From positions 248,001 to 312,000 of the forward strand of contig OZ025724.1 in the NCBI GenBank assembly GCA_964019335.1: DNA of 64,000 bases. Reading direction: 5' to 3'. Positions within the stretch are counted from its first letter, which is position 1. Each line of letters starts with the position of its first letter. Source of the DNA: Diplonema japonicum. Lineage: Eukaryota; Protista; Euglenozoa: Diplonemea. Below the pieces are notes generated by a model. It did not search any database. It saw only the letters and a program-made list of their open reading frames with translations, and was not told the origin of the DNA. Positions 34,441 through 45,574 of the stretch are shown one piece after another. The position numbers were made by a program, and so were the translations under genes.

Positions 34441-36843
34441 TCAGTTGAACTCGTCAGGGTCATGTTCGATTGGTAGGATGGGGGTCATAGTGTTAGCTAT
34501 GGCCATGTGCACGTCAGGTGTGGCCGCACATGTCGGTGTGCCGCCGGGCAGGTATATCGGTGTCATCGAACCCGTTGCACTCGTGGGGACAAGGGCACCC
34601 GAATGTGCCTTCTTGCTGGTCGTCGTGTCGTCGCATTTCCTCTTCTTGTCCGTGCGCTTCGCAGTCTGGATGTCCTGCTGGATAGACTGGACAGTCTTAA
34701 CCAGCTCGGACACCGCCACAGCCACCGCATCCAACCTCTCGAGACGTGTTGTTACCATCTCCATCTGCCTGCCGAGAGCTTGCATGTTCTGCTCCATCGA
34801 CTTCACTAGCGAGATGGTCGCGGCAGCCTTCCTCTCCATGTCCACCACTCTCGCTTCCATCGCTTTCCTCTCCTGCTCGTGCTCCAGCTCTTTCTTCCGC
34901 GCCCACTCCTCGAAAGCGTCGACAGACGCCATCGTTTTCGTAGCAGGTGCTGGCGCGTTCGGTGGGGGTAGAGCCTCGGCTACCGGCGTTGAGTGCGTCG
35001 CAGGTGTTGACGCAGCGTGGTGTGTTGACGCCTGCGTGTCCGACACTGGCGCAGGTGTAGGCGCGGATGATGGGTTCGCCTGCCCGGCTTGTCTGCCCCA
35101 TATGGCGTTCGGCGGCAATGTGAATACGGCCTTATTACTGTCACTCGCGCCCTTCTTGTTCTTCTTCTTCTTCTGCAGGTCACCCTCCAGCGGCTGGATG
35201 GTCCAACGCGTGCCCTGGACATTCAGAACCAGACCTCTCGGTTTCGAGCACGAAGTCACGGCCCAGGACTGTTTTTCGCCAAACCTATGCAGCCTCTTCC
35301 TCACCGTGACCGGCCATCCCGACCGTTTCAAGCGGTCTTCCAGCTCGAGGCCGTTCATCGAAGAGGGCACCCCTTGTACCTCATAGTGCTCGCCGTCGAG
35401 CAGTGTCGCTGCTGTCGCTGTCACCTTCAGATCGGCATGTCGGTCTTTGAGCACCCGCCTTGCTGTGTCAAGCTCGGCTTTCGGTACCCTTACCCCGTAG
35501 ACGACGGACTTGCCCGACTTCTTGAAGGTCAGTCCCCATCCGCACACTTCACGCCTGAACAGCAGTGCCGCTTTCAGTGCCGTGCCCTCCAGCCACAAAA
35601 CCGGCAGGAGATCGCGTGCTTCCCACGGTTGGCGCACAAACACGCCGTCCTCGCCACTGCGCATGAGGATCGACTGGACATCGGTCTTCATCACCGTGAT
35701 TGGGACCTCGAAAACGCCGTCCCGCTTCCTGCCTCTCTTGGTGAGGTACCGCCCTGCTCTCTCCCTCAGCCATGTCAATACTCTCGACCTGGCCTTCTCG
35801 GCGTCCAGCGATGTTTGAGTAACCAGATAGAGTTCCGAGGTGCAGGTCTCCGGCTCCTCCAGCTCCTCCTCTTCCTCCATCTCCTCCTTGTTTGCGTCCG
35901 GCATCGCAGGGTGACCATTGCGGGATGTCACCTGCAGGCGTCTGCACGTCTTCCCGCGCCCTTCGTTCGTGCTCAGAAGGACCTCAGCCTCCTCGCCGCA
36001 GAAGTAGGGGAGACGTCCCCATGAAACGACCGTTGCAGCCGGCGCGCCCCTTAGCCACTCCGCTGCCAACCGTTCAGAGCCTTGCGGGACAAGGTACACC
36101 GCCCGCTCCGGCTGTGTCTCCGCCCCTTCCCACTCCCGCACGTGCACGGGCCACTCGTCCTCGGCAAGGCATGCGATGATGGCCTTGCGTGCCGGCTTGC
36201 CCTGCTCCTTCTTCTTCCCGTCCTTCGCGCCCTCGCTGCGGATGGGGAGTGGGATCCTCACCGGCGGCACATACGCTGTAGTGGTAGGCATCTTCGAGTC
36301 CTCCCCTTTCACCGCGCAGACGTAGTGGCCCTCCACATAGCCCAGCCATAGCGTGGCCGTGTCTGGTACCTCATTCCTACTCCCCGGCTCGAAGCAGCTC
36401 AGGGTGAGGATGTCATCCCTTACAGCAAAGACACAGATCCTGCGTCCCATCACCACGGACATCGTGCTGACCGTCAGCCTGTCCGCCCACGTTCCCGAAA
36501 GAGCTACCAGCCTCTGGTACTCCTTCCACGCCGCAGCCTTCTCCCCTTCCTCCACCATCATGAAGGAGGAGTAGTCCTTCCCCGCCAGATGAGAGGCCAC
36601 CACCTCCCGCAGCGCCCCCGCCTCGTCCCTCGCGCCGTGCACCGCGTACGACACCGCTTCGAAGAAGCACTCTCCCTGCCTTCTTCCGGTGTCTATCACC
36701 TTCCAACCCTCCAGCCTATTGGCCAGATCCTGCACCGCTTCCCTCGTCTTCGGCCTGGTGGATTCGCCGGACTTCCCCTTATGAGAGGAAGCCCGCCCAG
36801 GAACCGCCGTCGTGGAGGCTCCACCTCGGCCTTGCGGTGGCAT
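34441..36843 (-). CDS. ORF1 of element E with intact-looking OTU-like cysteine protease domain and coiled coil
   Basis: GECFFEAVS...LREVVASHL...GTWADRLTV...ICVF...LWLGYVEGHY follows the OTU pattern (Cys loop, W, HY); C-terminal heptad-rich segment. Confidence 0.82.
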   Translation of the reverse strand: MPPQGRGGASTTAVPGRASSHKGKSGESTRPKTREAVQDLANRLEGWKVIDTGRRQGECFFEAVSYAVHGARDEAGALREVVASHLAGKDYSSFMMVEEGEKAAAWKEYQRLVALSGTWADRLTVSTMSVVMGRRICVFAVRDDILTLSCFEPGSRNEVPDTATLWLGYVEGHYVCAVKGEDSKMPTTTAYVPPVRIPLPIRSEGAKDGKKKEQGKPARKAIIACLAEDEWPVHVREWEGAETQPERAVYLVPQGSERLAAEWLRGAPAATVVSWGRLPYFCGEEAEVLLSTNEGRGKTCRRLQVTSRNGHPAMPDANKEEMEEEEELEEPETCTSELYLVTQTSLDAEKARSRVLTWLRERAGRYLTKRGRKRDGVFEVPITVMKTDVQSILMRSGEDGVFVRQPWEARDLLPVLWLEGTALKAALLFRREVCGWGLTFKKSGKSVVYGVRVPKAELDTARRVLKDRHADLKVTATAATLLDGEHYEVQGVPSSMNGLELEDRLKRSGWPVTVRKRLHRFGEKQSWAVTSCSKPRGLVLNVQGTRWTIQPLEGDLQKKKKNKKGASDSNKAVFTLPPNAIWGRQAGQANPSSAPTPAPVSDTQASTHHAASTPATHSTPVAEALPPPNAPAPATKTMASVDAFEEWARKKELEHEQERKAMEARVVDMERKAAATISLVKSMEQNMQALGRQMEMVTTRLERLDAVAVAVSELVKTVQSIQQDIQTAKRTDKKRKCDDTTTSKKAHSGALVPTSATGSMTPIYLPGGTPTCAATPDVHMAIANTMTPILPIEHDPDEFN

Positions 36844-36921
36844 TTTTGTCGTCGTGACTTTTGATTATCCGAACCCAGTGTTCCCTGTTTAAAAAAAAGA
36901 AAAACGACGGGGAAAAAAATG

Positions 36922-36963
36922 GTGTCTTTGAAGGGAACCTGCTGTATGTGACAGGATCGCCCT
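36922..36963 (-). mobile_element. ~40-nt LINE 3'-hairpin relic related to 7229-7269
   Basis: AGGGCGATCCTGTCACATACAGCAGGTTCCCTTCAAAGACAC versus AGGCGTCCTGCCACATACCGCAGGTACCCTTAAATGTCTC. Confidence 0.6.
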
Positions 36964-37377
36964 AAAAAAAGAATTTCCTTTGGGTGAAAAGGAATGTTTT
37001 TATTTTTTTAATTTTTTTCCCCCCCTTCCCGTTTTCATTTTTTTGTTTTTTCCCACCCCCCCCCCCCCTCCCTTTCAAAAAAAAAGAAGTATTGTACAAG
37101 AAATTTGCTAAAATGCTTTTTTTTTTTTTTGTTTTCCTTTTTTTTTTCTCACGTGCCCACTTACTTTTTTTTAGAGCCAACCAGCAACCCAAGCTACAAT
37201 GAAGAAAATCACTTCGCCATTTTTTTTTTTTTTTTTTTTTTTCTTATGTTCCCTCTTCCCCTAGCAACGAGGTGACTCGTAAGGGTAAGAAAAGAGGGCA
37301 TGGAGTCCCGGGGTCCATAAAACAAATATTCTCCACAAAAAAGAAAGGGGGGGCCGATCCATGCGGCACCCCCCCCA

Positions 37378-40300
37378 CTACATCCTGGACTTCATTCCGA
37401 GCAAGCTCTGCTTGAACAGGTTTTGAAACACCTTGGGGAGCATAGCAGTATTGGTGACAAGGTGTCCTGTCCCAGCTGGAAGTGACGCAGCGAGGTGAGC
37501 AGCACCATGCTCGGCAGCGATAAGCACGACGTGAGAGGTCACCTTCGGGTCCGACATCAGAAATTCTGACAGACTGCCAGCATCGATCCCGTACTGAGAG
37601 ACGTTCGCGTCACTGAGCAACACCACAAAATAGTCATCTGCCTCCCTTTCAAGCACCTTTTCAACAGCTATTTTGGCAGAACCGAGCGTGTTGTCACCCG
37701 TTTTACAGTTTGTCCCACCATATATAGCTTTGATGACAGCAAATTTATCGAGCTCCGTTCTCGGCGGACTACCAAATGGGACAATCTCGATGCAAGGCGA
37801 ATCACCGTTATGCGCAATAATTGAATAATCATACTTGTGCTGGAAGTTAGCGAACCCTTCCATGATGAGAACGGCTACTGCGGCGGAACGCGCCAGGCGT
37901 CTGTCTTCAGGGTCGAATCGAGCCATGGAGGCGGAGGTGTCGAAGGAAAAAAGAAGTCTTTTCGGGGTTTTCTGCGCAGCGCCTGGTGGTGGCTTGCTGA
38001 CCGTCCTTCTTTTGAAGATGGTGGTTTCTCCCGTCGCCCCGTCAACAAGACGAGAATCGTCAAGATCGCCAACTGTTTGGTTAGTGATCCACACTCTTTC
38101 TTTTTCCTTCGCTTCGACGCTTTCAAGCAGACCTCGAAGGCTTCTTACTTCGTTTTTTACAGCTTCCTTGAGCCTTGCGTACGCTCCTGCGTCAAGGTTC
38201 GCTAGAGACGGTCGGTCTGCGCCTTCTAGGAGTTTCCTTTGTGCCATTTCTGTTGCCCGTTTCTTGGCTTCTTCCACGACCTTTGCTGCTAGTTCGTCGT
38301 CCTTCTTGCTTGTGCTTTCCTTGGTGATGTTCATCTTGTCGTCGATGACTACCTCGTGGCTGCCTTGTTTTTTCTGTTCCGATTTTTTTGATTTGTATCC
38401 GTCTGTCGGCCCGCCGCTGCCGCCGCCGCTTCCGGAGCCCTCGCCTGCGCCTTCTCCTTCGCCGTCGCCGTCGCCGTCACCGTTTCCTTCACCGTCGCCG
38501 TTCCCCTCGTTCCCTTCATTGCTTTGTTCATCAGGGCGTTCCTTTTGTTCATTAGTTTGTTGGTCGCTGTGCGGGTTTTCGTTTTTGGACGCGGTAGAAG
38601 AAGGGTTTGTTTTGATGTTCCACTTGCGCTCGTCTTTGAGAAGCATGTCAGGACGGACTTCGAATATCCTGACCTGACCGTCTGCAAGAAGCACCGCGAC
38701 ACGCCCGTCGGACAGCTCCACAACCTGCTTCGGCGCAGGAGCAACATCGACACCAATGTCCCACGAGGAACCGGGTCGGGACCCCACCGCGATCTTACGC
38801 GAGGTTCCCTCACGCAGGTTCACGACCTCGAGGGTGGATACGCCGCGTTCATTAGCTGGCCACCCAGATGCGAGCAACGATGCCTTATGCAGCCATGTCG
38901 TAGGGGGTATGACCTCACTAGAGGACCGTGACGGGTAGCAGAGTATCTCCTGCGACCAGGAATCGCACATCGGCTTCGTCTTGCTGTTCAAAGGCGGTGT
39001 CCCTGCTGAGATCGACGTTAGCACTGTGCCAACGTCAGCGCCAAGCCTCGCCGCGTGGGCGTATCTCCCAGCAGCCATGACAGGTTGGACACAGATGTCT
39101 CCGGGTAGCAGTTTTGTCATCGAATCAACGGGGGGTACCTTTTGAGGCTTCATTTTTAATAAGTCGTTCGGGTCCTCCTTCTCATCCAATGCTGAAAACA
39201 CTTCGCCCGCTACGCTGTACCCTGAGTGCGAACCGCCTACAACGAGGACGGCTGCCTTGTTGTCGATCACGAGGTGGTACTGCGTTGACTCGGCGTCTCT
39301 TTGGATCTGAATCCTATCGTTCGAAACAGGGTGTGCCTGCGTCATCTTCCACGGCAGGGTGTACACACTGACATCCAATGTCGTTGGGTCAACAACGAGG
39401 ACTTCGTTGTCGGTGAAGAAGAGTGCCTTCTCGTCGAAGCTCGCCGCCTTCCACACCCCTGCCACGTCAAGGTCGACGGTGCGGGTGGGCTCTAAGAACC
39501 TCCCGTTGTTCTCTTTCAAAGAAACGAGCTTTTTAGATTCGAAATGGTACAGAACAAAACAAGACTTCATCGGTAGCTCCGCCAGGTAAGGCTGGGCAGA
39601 CGGCGAGCTTGGGAACATCAACGTGGCCAGTTTCATGGATGCAAAGTGGTAAGAGGAAACAGAGACGGAGTACTGGTCGGACGTCAAAAGGTGAAGTGTC
39701 GGCACGGTCGGGTCCGCACCCGAGTGGATCGACACGATGGATGTCTGCGAGAAGAACCCGCCGACCTCTTCGGTGAAGAGTTTGTTCCTTGCAGAGGTGA
39801 ACTCGAACGTCTTTGCAGGTTTTAACGAGAATGGGATGTTGCTTGTTGGCGTGTCGATGGTAAACGGTTTGATCAGAACACCGTTGGATTCATAGAATAG
39901 CTGCATGATGGACGCCAAAGGCCGGAGGGGCACCTCGGCGGACAATGCAGATGCCGCCGCCGACAGCCCACCACCGGACGAAAATGCCAACCCGTTTCTG
40001 TCAAAAACGTTTTTGAGAAGCTCCAACATTTCCGGATCGTACGCGTCAAAACCAATAACGTTTGACAAAGCTCCGACTATACCATCGCGAGGGTGAGAGC
40101 TGAGATGCTTTGCGACAGCAACAGCTTCTCTTGTTGAGTAAGGGTAGGTGATGTCACCCTTGTCGGACAGACCGCGAAGCTCGCCGAACGCGTTTACAAC
40201 TCGCTTCAACACATTCTCAGGGACCTTCCCCGCAACCGTCTGCAGCAAGATCAACTCGGATGTCGGGTCCGGGTTCCCAACAACGTGACAAGAAAACACA

Positions 40301-42882
40301 TCACCAACCTCTGCATAACAGTCATTCCCCATAAATGGATACCCAGGACGGTTGGCCAGCGCGATCACTCTGAACATTGGGTGTACTTTGCAGCAAGCTT
40401 CTGACCCGTATTGGTTCGATCGCTTCGTGACGAACCTTCTGTTGTCGGCGAGCAGAATTTCACCGTCTTCGAGCAGGCCTTTCAAAACGCATATAACCTC
40501 TGGTGGTGCTTTGTCCATTTCGTCGATGACCAATGCCCTCCCGTGTGTCATCGCTCGGACTAATGGGGAATCTTCCCACACCATGACACCGTTTTGCAGC
40601 GAAGGTTGGATTGTGATTTGTGATACGGTGGTGTCGCGGTGGAGCTGCGTGTACTCGCGTTCCCATCGAAGAAGCTGCAGCACCCTGTCGCAAAGCTTGT
40701 TCTTCCCCACGCCTTGGTTCCCGATTAATAGAAGATGCTCGCCGAGGTCCAAGTCCCTCAGCATGGATTCCATTACAGCAAGCTGCGTCGGGATGTCGAC
40801 AAACTCAATGTCAGGCACGAGCTCATGTCTTTTTGGGTGAAGCCTTCCAACAGTTGTAGTACCCACCGTAACGCTCGACTCCGTCAGATGAACGGTTGTT
40901 GGATTGTGCGTTGCCTTCTGATCGGGGATCCCGCAGAACTTCATCAAATCGAACGCCTCCATTCGCTGTTCGTGCGGGAGCAGATCTGTCAGAATGGACT
41001 GCCTCACGCAGTAGTTGGCGTCGTCGGGGTACTTTGCCACCCTTTTGTTCACACGGAGAAGCTGTCTAAGGGATAAAGGCGGGATGGCACAGGTTTGCAG
41101 GCCTTCTTGATTCGCCCTTTGAATTGTAACACCGGAGAACTTACACAAAGCCGCAGCATGGTGCGCTTTGTCGCCCAGCAGCCACCTGATGTCCTCCGGG
41201 TGTGTGGCGCCTTCTTCAATGGAGAGCAACGAGGGTACCTCGTGGAAATCAAACATATGCTGTACCTCCGATGCCATCCAGTTCGGCCCCGCAGCGTGTT
41301 TTCCGATCGACGGTGTGCCAAGCGCAAGAACACGGAATCGCGGATGGATCCTATAAATGCGTCTAGCCTCCATGTCCTGCACCCCGGCAGGGTATTTCTT
41401 TGCGAGAACATCGTAACGAGATGAAGGGAGGTACCGTGCTCCGTCGAAAAGGACAAGTTCACGATCTTCAAGAAGCCTTGAAAGGGCGTTGTAGGTCCCA
41501 GGGGACAGACGTTGAAGACCGTCAAGGATGGCCAAACGGCCTTGAATAGCCGCTGTGACAAGTGGTGTCACCACCCATGTCGTCTCGCCTTTAGGCCCCG
41601 TCACACGTCTTTGCAACAGATCCCTCGCAGACATGTCCGAGTAGAGGAACATCGTCTCCGACGGGATGTACCCGAAAACAGAAGAAAACACCCTGGCAAG
41701 CATGGATTTTCCTTCGCCTTTGCCTCCGACCAAACAAATGTCCCTCCCAGACACGTGGCTCTGCGACATCCCGCTGAGGATTCGTTGTTGCACGCTTGTA
41801 AGCCTGCCCATGAACGCAAGATCAGGAATGGCAGCCCCCGTGTGGCAAGGGTACGACAAGCTTCCGTTGAACACGACACGGTCCCTTTCAACATGGGTGA
41901 CGGTGTAAGGCTGTAACGAATACTTTTTAAGACCAAACCCCGCCATTGCCTCAACGAAGATATCGTCGGTGGGAGGGACCAACATGTCCCACGGGTAGGC
42001 CCTCCACAAAACCGACCAGACAGAGAGATCAGGGAAAAGCCCGAGCTGCCTGATTGAAGACAGTATAGCATGTTCCGAGACAGGGGGGATCTTGGACAGA
42101 CCATGCGTTGACCGCGAAGGTTGGATCGTCAGCTCAGTCAACGACGCGGAGAACGCAACAATTGTCTGCAACGCCTCGCCGCGACACTTCGGCTCAGGCA
42201 ACGTCCTTGCTGCTGAAATCAATTCCCTAACAGGCACTGAGGGCACAACACAGCACTGAAATCGAGAACGTAAAGGTGGGTCCAAAGGCGACCCAGGGTA
42301 CGGCGGGCACGGCACCCCTAAGGCGATGACACGAAACCCTTCATGTACCCGAACAATTCCATTTTTAGTGAGTTCTTCTCTGGTTTTGATCCCTTCTCTA
42401 ATGAGGGAATCGTATCTTGTAGGAGACATGAGGAATCTCCCGTCCTCGAGGGTCATTTCACGGTTTTCCAAAAGGTTGTTGATGATGGGGAGAACGTTTC
42501 GCTCGCAGTTCTCGATTCCTTCAAGGATGAGAACCCTGCCTTCGGTTGCCGCTTTAACAGCAGGGAGGTCCGTGTAGTGAACATTCCCGCCTTGTTTGAT
42601 TTCCTTTCTCTGCTTCAGGTCGGACTCCGTTGTGTCTCGTGTTAATGGTACGTATTCCACAGCACGGCCGGAGACGTGGCAATATCTCATTGCTATCCAT
42701 CTTCTGAGAGGTCCGTAGGCGCCGATGAGGTACATGTCTTGCCCCATTCTGTCCTTTTTCGCCACCCATGAAACGACGTTATCCACCCAGCTGTTGTTCA
42801 GCAAGGGGGAGTGGGGCATGGAGGGGACATATTCCTCGTCGGTGTGCTGCAGGTGTGCCTCTACGGTGTTTAGTCGATTCAT
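37378..42882 (-). CDS. VWA8: von Willebrand factor A domain-containing protein 8 (AAA+ ATPase modules plus C-terminal VWA)
   Basis: QDMYLIG, LTRDTTESDLKQRKEI, NNLLENREM, GGKGEGKS, GNQGVGKN, YPYSTRE, KERVW...GDLDDSRL, DTSASM MIDAS; probable start at Met 42882. Confidence 0.92.
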   Translation of the reverse strand: MNRLNTVEAHLQHTDEEYVPSMPHSPLLNNSWVDNVVSWVAKKDRMGQDMYLIGAYGPLRRWIAMRYCHVSGRAVEYVPLTRDTTESDLKQRKEIKQGGNVHYTDLPAVKAATEGRVLILEGIENCERNVLPIINNLLENREMTLEDGRFLMSPTRYDSLIREGIKTREELTKNGIVRVHEGFRVIALGVPCPPYPGSPLDPPLRSRFQCCVVPSVPVRELISAARTLPEPKCRGEALQTIVAFSASLTELTIQPSRSTHGLSKIPPVSEHAILSSIRQLGLFPDLSVWSVLWRAYPWDMLVPPTDDIFVEAMAGFGLKKYSLQPYTVTHVERDRVVFNGSLSYPCHTGAAIPDLAFMGRLTSVQQRILSGMSQSHVSGRDICLVGGKGEGKSMLARVFSSVFGYIPSETMFLYSDMSARDLLQRRVTGPKGETTWVVTPLVTAAIQGRLAILDGLQRLSPGTYNALSRLLEDRELVLFDGARYLPSSRYDVLAKKYPAGVQDMEARRIYRIHPRFRVLALGTPSIGKHAAGPNWMASEVQHMFDFHEVPSLLSIEEGATHPEDIRWLLGDKAHHAAALCKFSGVTIQRANQEGLQTCAIPPLSLRQLLRVNKRVAKYPDDANYCVRQSILTDLLPHEQRMEAFDLMKFCGIPDQKATHNPTTVHLTESSVTVGTTTVGRLHPKRHELVPDIEFVDIPTQLAVMESMLRDLDLGEHLLLIGNQGVGKNKLCDRVLQLLRWEREYTQLHRDTTVSQITIQPSLQNGVMVWEDSPLVRAMTHGRALVIDEMDKAPPEVICVLKGLLEDGEILLADNRRFVTKRSNQYGSEACCKVHPMFRVIALANRPGYPFMGNDCYAEVGDVFSCHVVGNPDPTSELILLQTVAGKVPENVLKRVVNAFGELRGLSDKGDITYPYSTREAVAVAKHLSSHPRDGIVGALSNVIGFDAYDPEMLELLKNVFDRNGLAFSSGGGLSAAASALSAEVPLRPLASIMQLFYESNGVLIKPFTIDTPTSNIPFSLKPAKTFEFTSARNKLFTEEVGGFFSQTSIVSIHSGADPTVPTLHLLTSDQYSVSVSSYHFASMKLATLMFPSSPSAQPYLAELPMKSCFVLYHFESKKLVSLKENNGRFLEPTRTVDLDVAGVWKAASFDEKALFFTDNEVLVVDPTTLDVSVYTLPWKMTQAHPVSNDRIQIQRDAESTQYHLVIDNKAAVLVVGGSHSGYSVAGEVFSALDEKEDPNDLLKMKPQKVPPVDSMTKLLPGDICVQPVMAAGRYAHAARLGADVGTVLTSISAGTPPLNSKTKPMCDSWSQEILCYPSRSSSEVIPPTTWLHKASLLASGWPANERGVSTLEVVNLREGTSRKIAVGSRPGSSWDIGVDVAPAPKQVVELSDGRVAVLLADGQVRIFEVRPDMLLKDERKWNIKTNPSSTASKNENPHSDQQTNEQKERPDEQSNEGNEGNGDGEGNGDGDGDGEGEGAGEGSGSGGGSGGPTDGYKSKKSEQKKQGSHEVVIDDKMNITKESTSKKDDELAAKVVEEAKKRATEMAQRKLLEGADRPSLANLDAGAYARLKEAVKNEVRSLRGLLESVEAKEKERVWITNQTVGDLDDSRLVDGATGETTIFKRRTVSKPPPGAAQKTPKRLLFSFDTSASMARFDPEDRRLARSAAVAVLIMEGFANFQHKYDYSIIAHNGDSPCIEIVPFGSPPRTELDKFAVIKAIYGGTNCKTGDNTLGSAKIAVEKVLEREADDYFVVLLSDANVSQYGIDAGSLSEFLMSDPKVTSHVVLIAAEHGAAHLAASLPAGTGHLVTNTAMLPKVFQNLFKQSLLGMKSRM

Positions 42883-43007
42883 GGATTTTTTTCCCTCCTG
42901 GGTGGGGATAGAAGAATATGGGAATATGTTGGGGGGGGGGGGGGGGGAATTCGAGAACAATTCTGTTTTTTTTTGTTGTTTTAACAAATATTATTTGTCG
43001 ACACGCT

Positions 43008-43038
<31 letters not shown>

Positions 43039-43040
43039 AA

Positions 43041-43664
43041 AGGCCCGAATAATCCCTTTATTTGGGCAGTGGAGGGGGGGTGTTTGGGCTCCAAAAAAAA
43101 AGAATTATTTGGAATACACTTATTTGGGTTGTACTTATTTGGGCTGGGGGGACCTGCCACATGGAAAGCAGGGAGCGGCCACCAGACATGAATCCATGTG
43201 CCCCTCCGGCAACGCAGAAGCACCCGGGCCACCCACAAAGCGCCTTCGAACTAAGTAGTTCCATGAAATTTTGAACCGTTCATCACGAACCATCTAGCTT
43301 CTAGCTTCTTGCGTTAAGAAAAATAGTCTCTCACAATAACCCCCAGGTGCTAACCCCCGTGGTCCCTGTTCAAAATGCAAAGGAATTGCTTGTAAGTGCC
43401 CAAAACCAGGCGGAAATCGACTTTTTGGTCAAAAAAGGGGTGTAGTACATGGGTTAGGTAGGCTAGTACCCTGCACAGGCGTAACTGAGAAAAACCTGTT
43501 GCACGACCACCATGTGACCCCCCCACCCCCTGGTCCCCCCCCAAAAAAAAAGAAAGGGAGTCGGAAATTATTCGGGAAATTTGGAGTGGAAAAATCCCTG
43601 AAAAAAAAAAGAATTATTTGGGAAAAAACACATTATTTGGGAGGGAATTATTCGGGCCCCCCCT
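43041..43664. mobile_element. Non-autonomous TIR element (possibly Kolobok-like), with a nested fragment of the 53.7-kb repeat at ~43343-43545
   Basis: Ends AGGCCCGAATAAT ... ATTATTCGGGCC..CCT flanked by CTAA/TTAG; multiple TTATTTGG motifs; left ~130 nt recur inverted at 56120-56245. Confidence 0.55.
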
Positions 43665-44364
43665 TTAGTTGATGGGCGTTGAAGGTGTTTTTTTTTTTTT
43701 TTTTTTTTTTTTTTTCGTACGAACAAATGAAGCGAACTAGTTTTCTTTTCTTTTTTCCTTCTCTTCTTTTTCATTTTTTTTTTTTTTCCTTTTTTTTTTC
43801 CATAATAAGTTTTAAGAGGGGAAGGAGGAGAGGGAAAAAGATTCCAGCGATTACAAAAAAAAGGAACAAGCAGAATAAAAGGGAAGGGGAAAGTACTAGT
43901 ATAAAAAGTAAACGAGGTAATAAGAGGTTCTTGGAGGGGGGGGGGGGGGGGGAGAAGGGAAAAAAATAAATCAGCTTTCATAAGATAGTAGCGCAGCGAT
44001 ATTATTCTTTCGTTGTTCTTTTTTTTCTTCTTTTTTTTTTTTTTCTAACGGGTTTTTGGAGAGCATGCAGTACTTATCAACAACGTTATCTTTTTAGAGG
44101 GCATTCCTCAGAACCTTTTTGTGGCAACATTATTGGAAAGTTTCAGAAATGCTGCCCCCCTATTTTTTAATTGCTATTTTTCTTCTTGGGTGAGGGGTGA
44201 GAGAAAAAAATTCTTTATGACTATAAGTCTTTGTTGTTGAGCACAAAAAGGGTTTTTACAAGTTGCATATAGTTTTAAAAGCATTTCTCTTTTTGACAGA
44301 TAATTATTTGTAACAAAAAAAAAAAAAAAAAAAAGGGAATGGGAAAGGATTGGCTTTTTTTTTT

Positions 44365-44936
44365 TTTATTTCACTCTTCGTCATTTTCTTCACTCACTAG
44401 GGGCCTCATTATTTAACGCGAAATGGCCATTATTTAACGCGAAACGGCCATTATTTAACGCGAAATCGCCATTATTTAACTAGTTAAATAATGAGATTTT
44501 GCAGTTAAATAATGGCCCTTCAGAGTGAAAAAATGGGTCTTGTCGTGGAAAAAAATGCACCCAACCCCTTGAAAAATTTTTTTGGGGTGGGGGTATTTTG
44601 ACTATTTTTGGCCATCTGAGGCCATTCCAGCCCTTAAAAGTGGGAATAAGTGCCTTACTTCCCCTTTAAATGCCACGGCGAAATAGCTACCCTGTATTAC
44701 CTTAGGAAAATCCCCAAAAAGCTGACCTGCGTGAAAAAAAACAGCAGTGAAAGCAGTGAAGAGTGAGTGACTCAAATGACGAAGAGTGAAATAAAACGAC
44801 TTACTTGCCGCCAAATGAGCCATTATTTAACACTCGTTACCCGTTTTTTTGCACTCGGGCCCTGCGGGCCCTCGTGCAAAAAATTCGGGAACTCGAGTTA
44901 AATAATGACTCATTATTTGTTGGCAATAAATAGTTA
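44365..44936. mobile_element. Crypton-like non-autonomous element with asymmetric inverted repeat, 21-nt tandem repeats and subterminal long hairpin
   Basis: IR TTTATTTCACTCTTCGTCATTT (44365) / AAATGACGAAGAGTGAAATAAA (~44774); CATTATTTAACGCGAAA..C x3; hairpin 44817-44911; end TAAATAGTTA. Confidence 0.7.
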
Positions 44937-45100
44937 TTTTTTTAATTTCCCTTTTTTTTTTTTTTTTTTTTTTTGATTTCACTTTTCTGATAGTTTTGAG
45001 ATATGAAGTGTGGTAACTCTGGGAGATTACGGTACCCCCCTCCTAGCCAAAGGCTATGAAGTTAGCCCATCTTAAGAAAAAAAAAAGAAAAAAAAAAAAA

Positions 45101-45140
45101 GAGACATTTAAGGGTACCTGCGGTATGTGACAGGACGCCT
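45101..45140 (-). mobile_element. 40-nt LINE 3'-end insertion, near-identical to 7229-7269
   Basis: GAGACATTTAAGGGTACCTGCGGTATGTGACAGGACGCCT, bounded by plus-strand A-runs on both sides. Confidence 0.75.
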
Positions 45141-45529
45141 AAAAAAAGAAGAAATGAACAACAAATAGTACTCTTTTTTTTGAAGGGAGAATACATACAT
45201 TACATGCTAGGGGGGGGAGGGGGGGAGGCATTTTAATTTTCATCATATTTCCCCCTTCCAAAAAAAAAGGGGGGGAAAAGAAATGAAAAAAAAAAAAAAA
45301 AAAAAAAACACACAACACAGGTTCAATTTTTTTTTTTCTCCTTCGACCCTTGTTTTCTACACCACTTTGCTATCGCCAAGGAAATGACTTTACCGCTTCG
45401 AGGTAACGGTAAAGTCATTACTTGTTGGTGGCAAAATAGCTATCACTTAAAAAAAAAAACTCATAGAGTAAGAAAAAGGAAGGGGGGGGGGGGGGGGGTG
45501 AAACTCGGGTGAATATTGTTAAGGACTGG

Positions 45530-45565
<36 letters not shown>

Positions 45566-45574
45566 CCCGCCCTA

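Larger units (their letters stand above)
30266..36884 (-). mobile_element. Apparently full-length APE-type non-LTR retrotransposon E (OTU-ORF1 plus APE-RT ORF2)
   Basis: ORF1 34441-36843; ORF2 34401-30315 with one frameshift; 3' hairpin CGGTG...CACCG; polypyrimidine tract plus AG ~40 nt upstream of the ORF1 ATG. Confidence 0.95.

Noticed and set aside
44365-44936. Helentron/HINE interpretation of the asymmetric-IR plus hairpin elements
   Set aside because: The architecture is superficially compatible, but the long bubble-containing hairpin, the AACTATT-type end and the YR-like ORF relic in a sister element fit Crypton better; not formally excluded.
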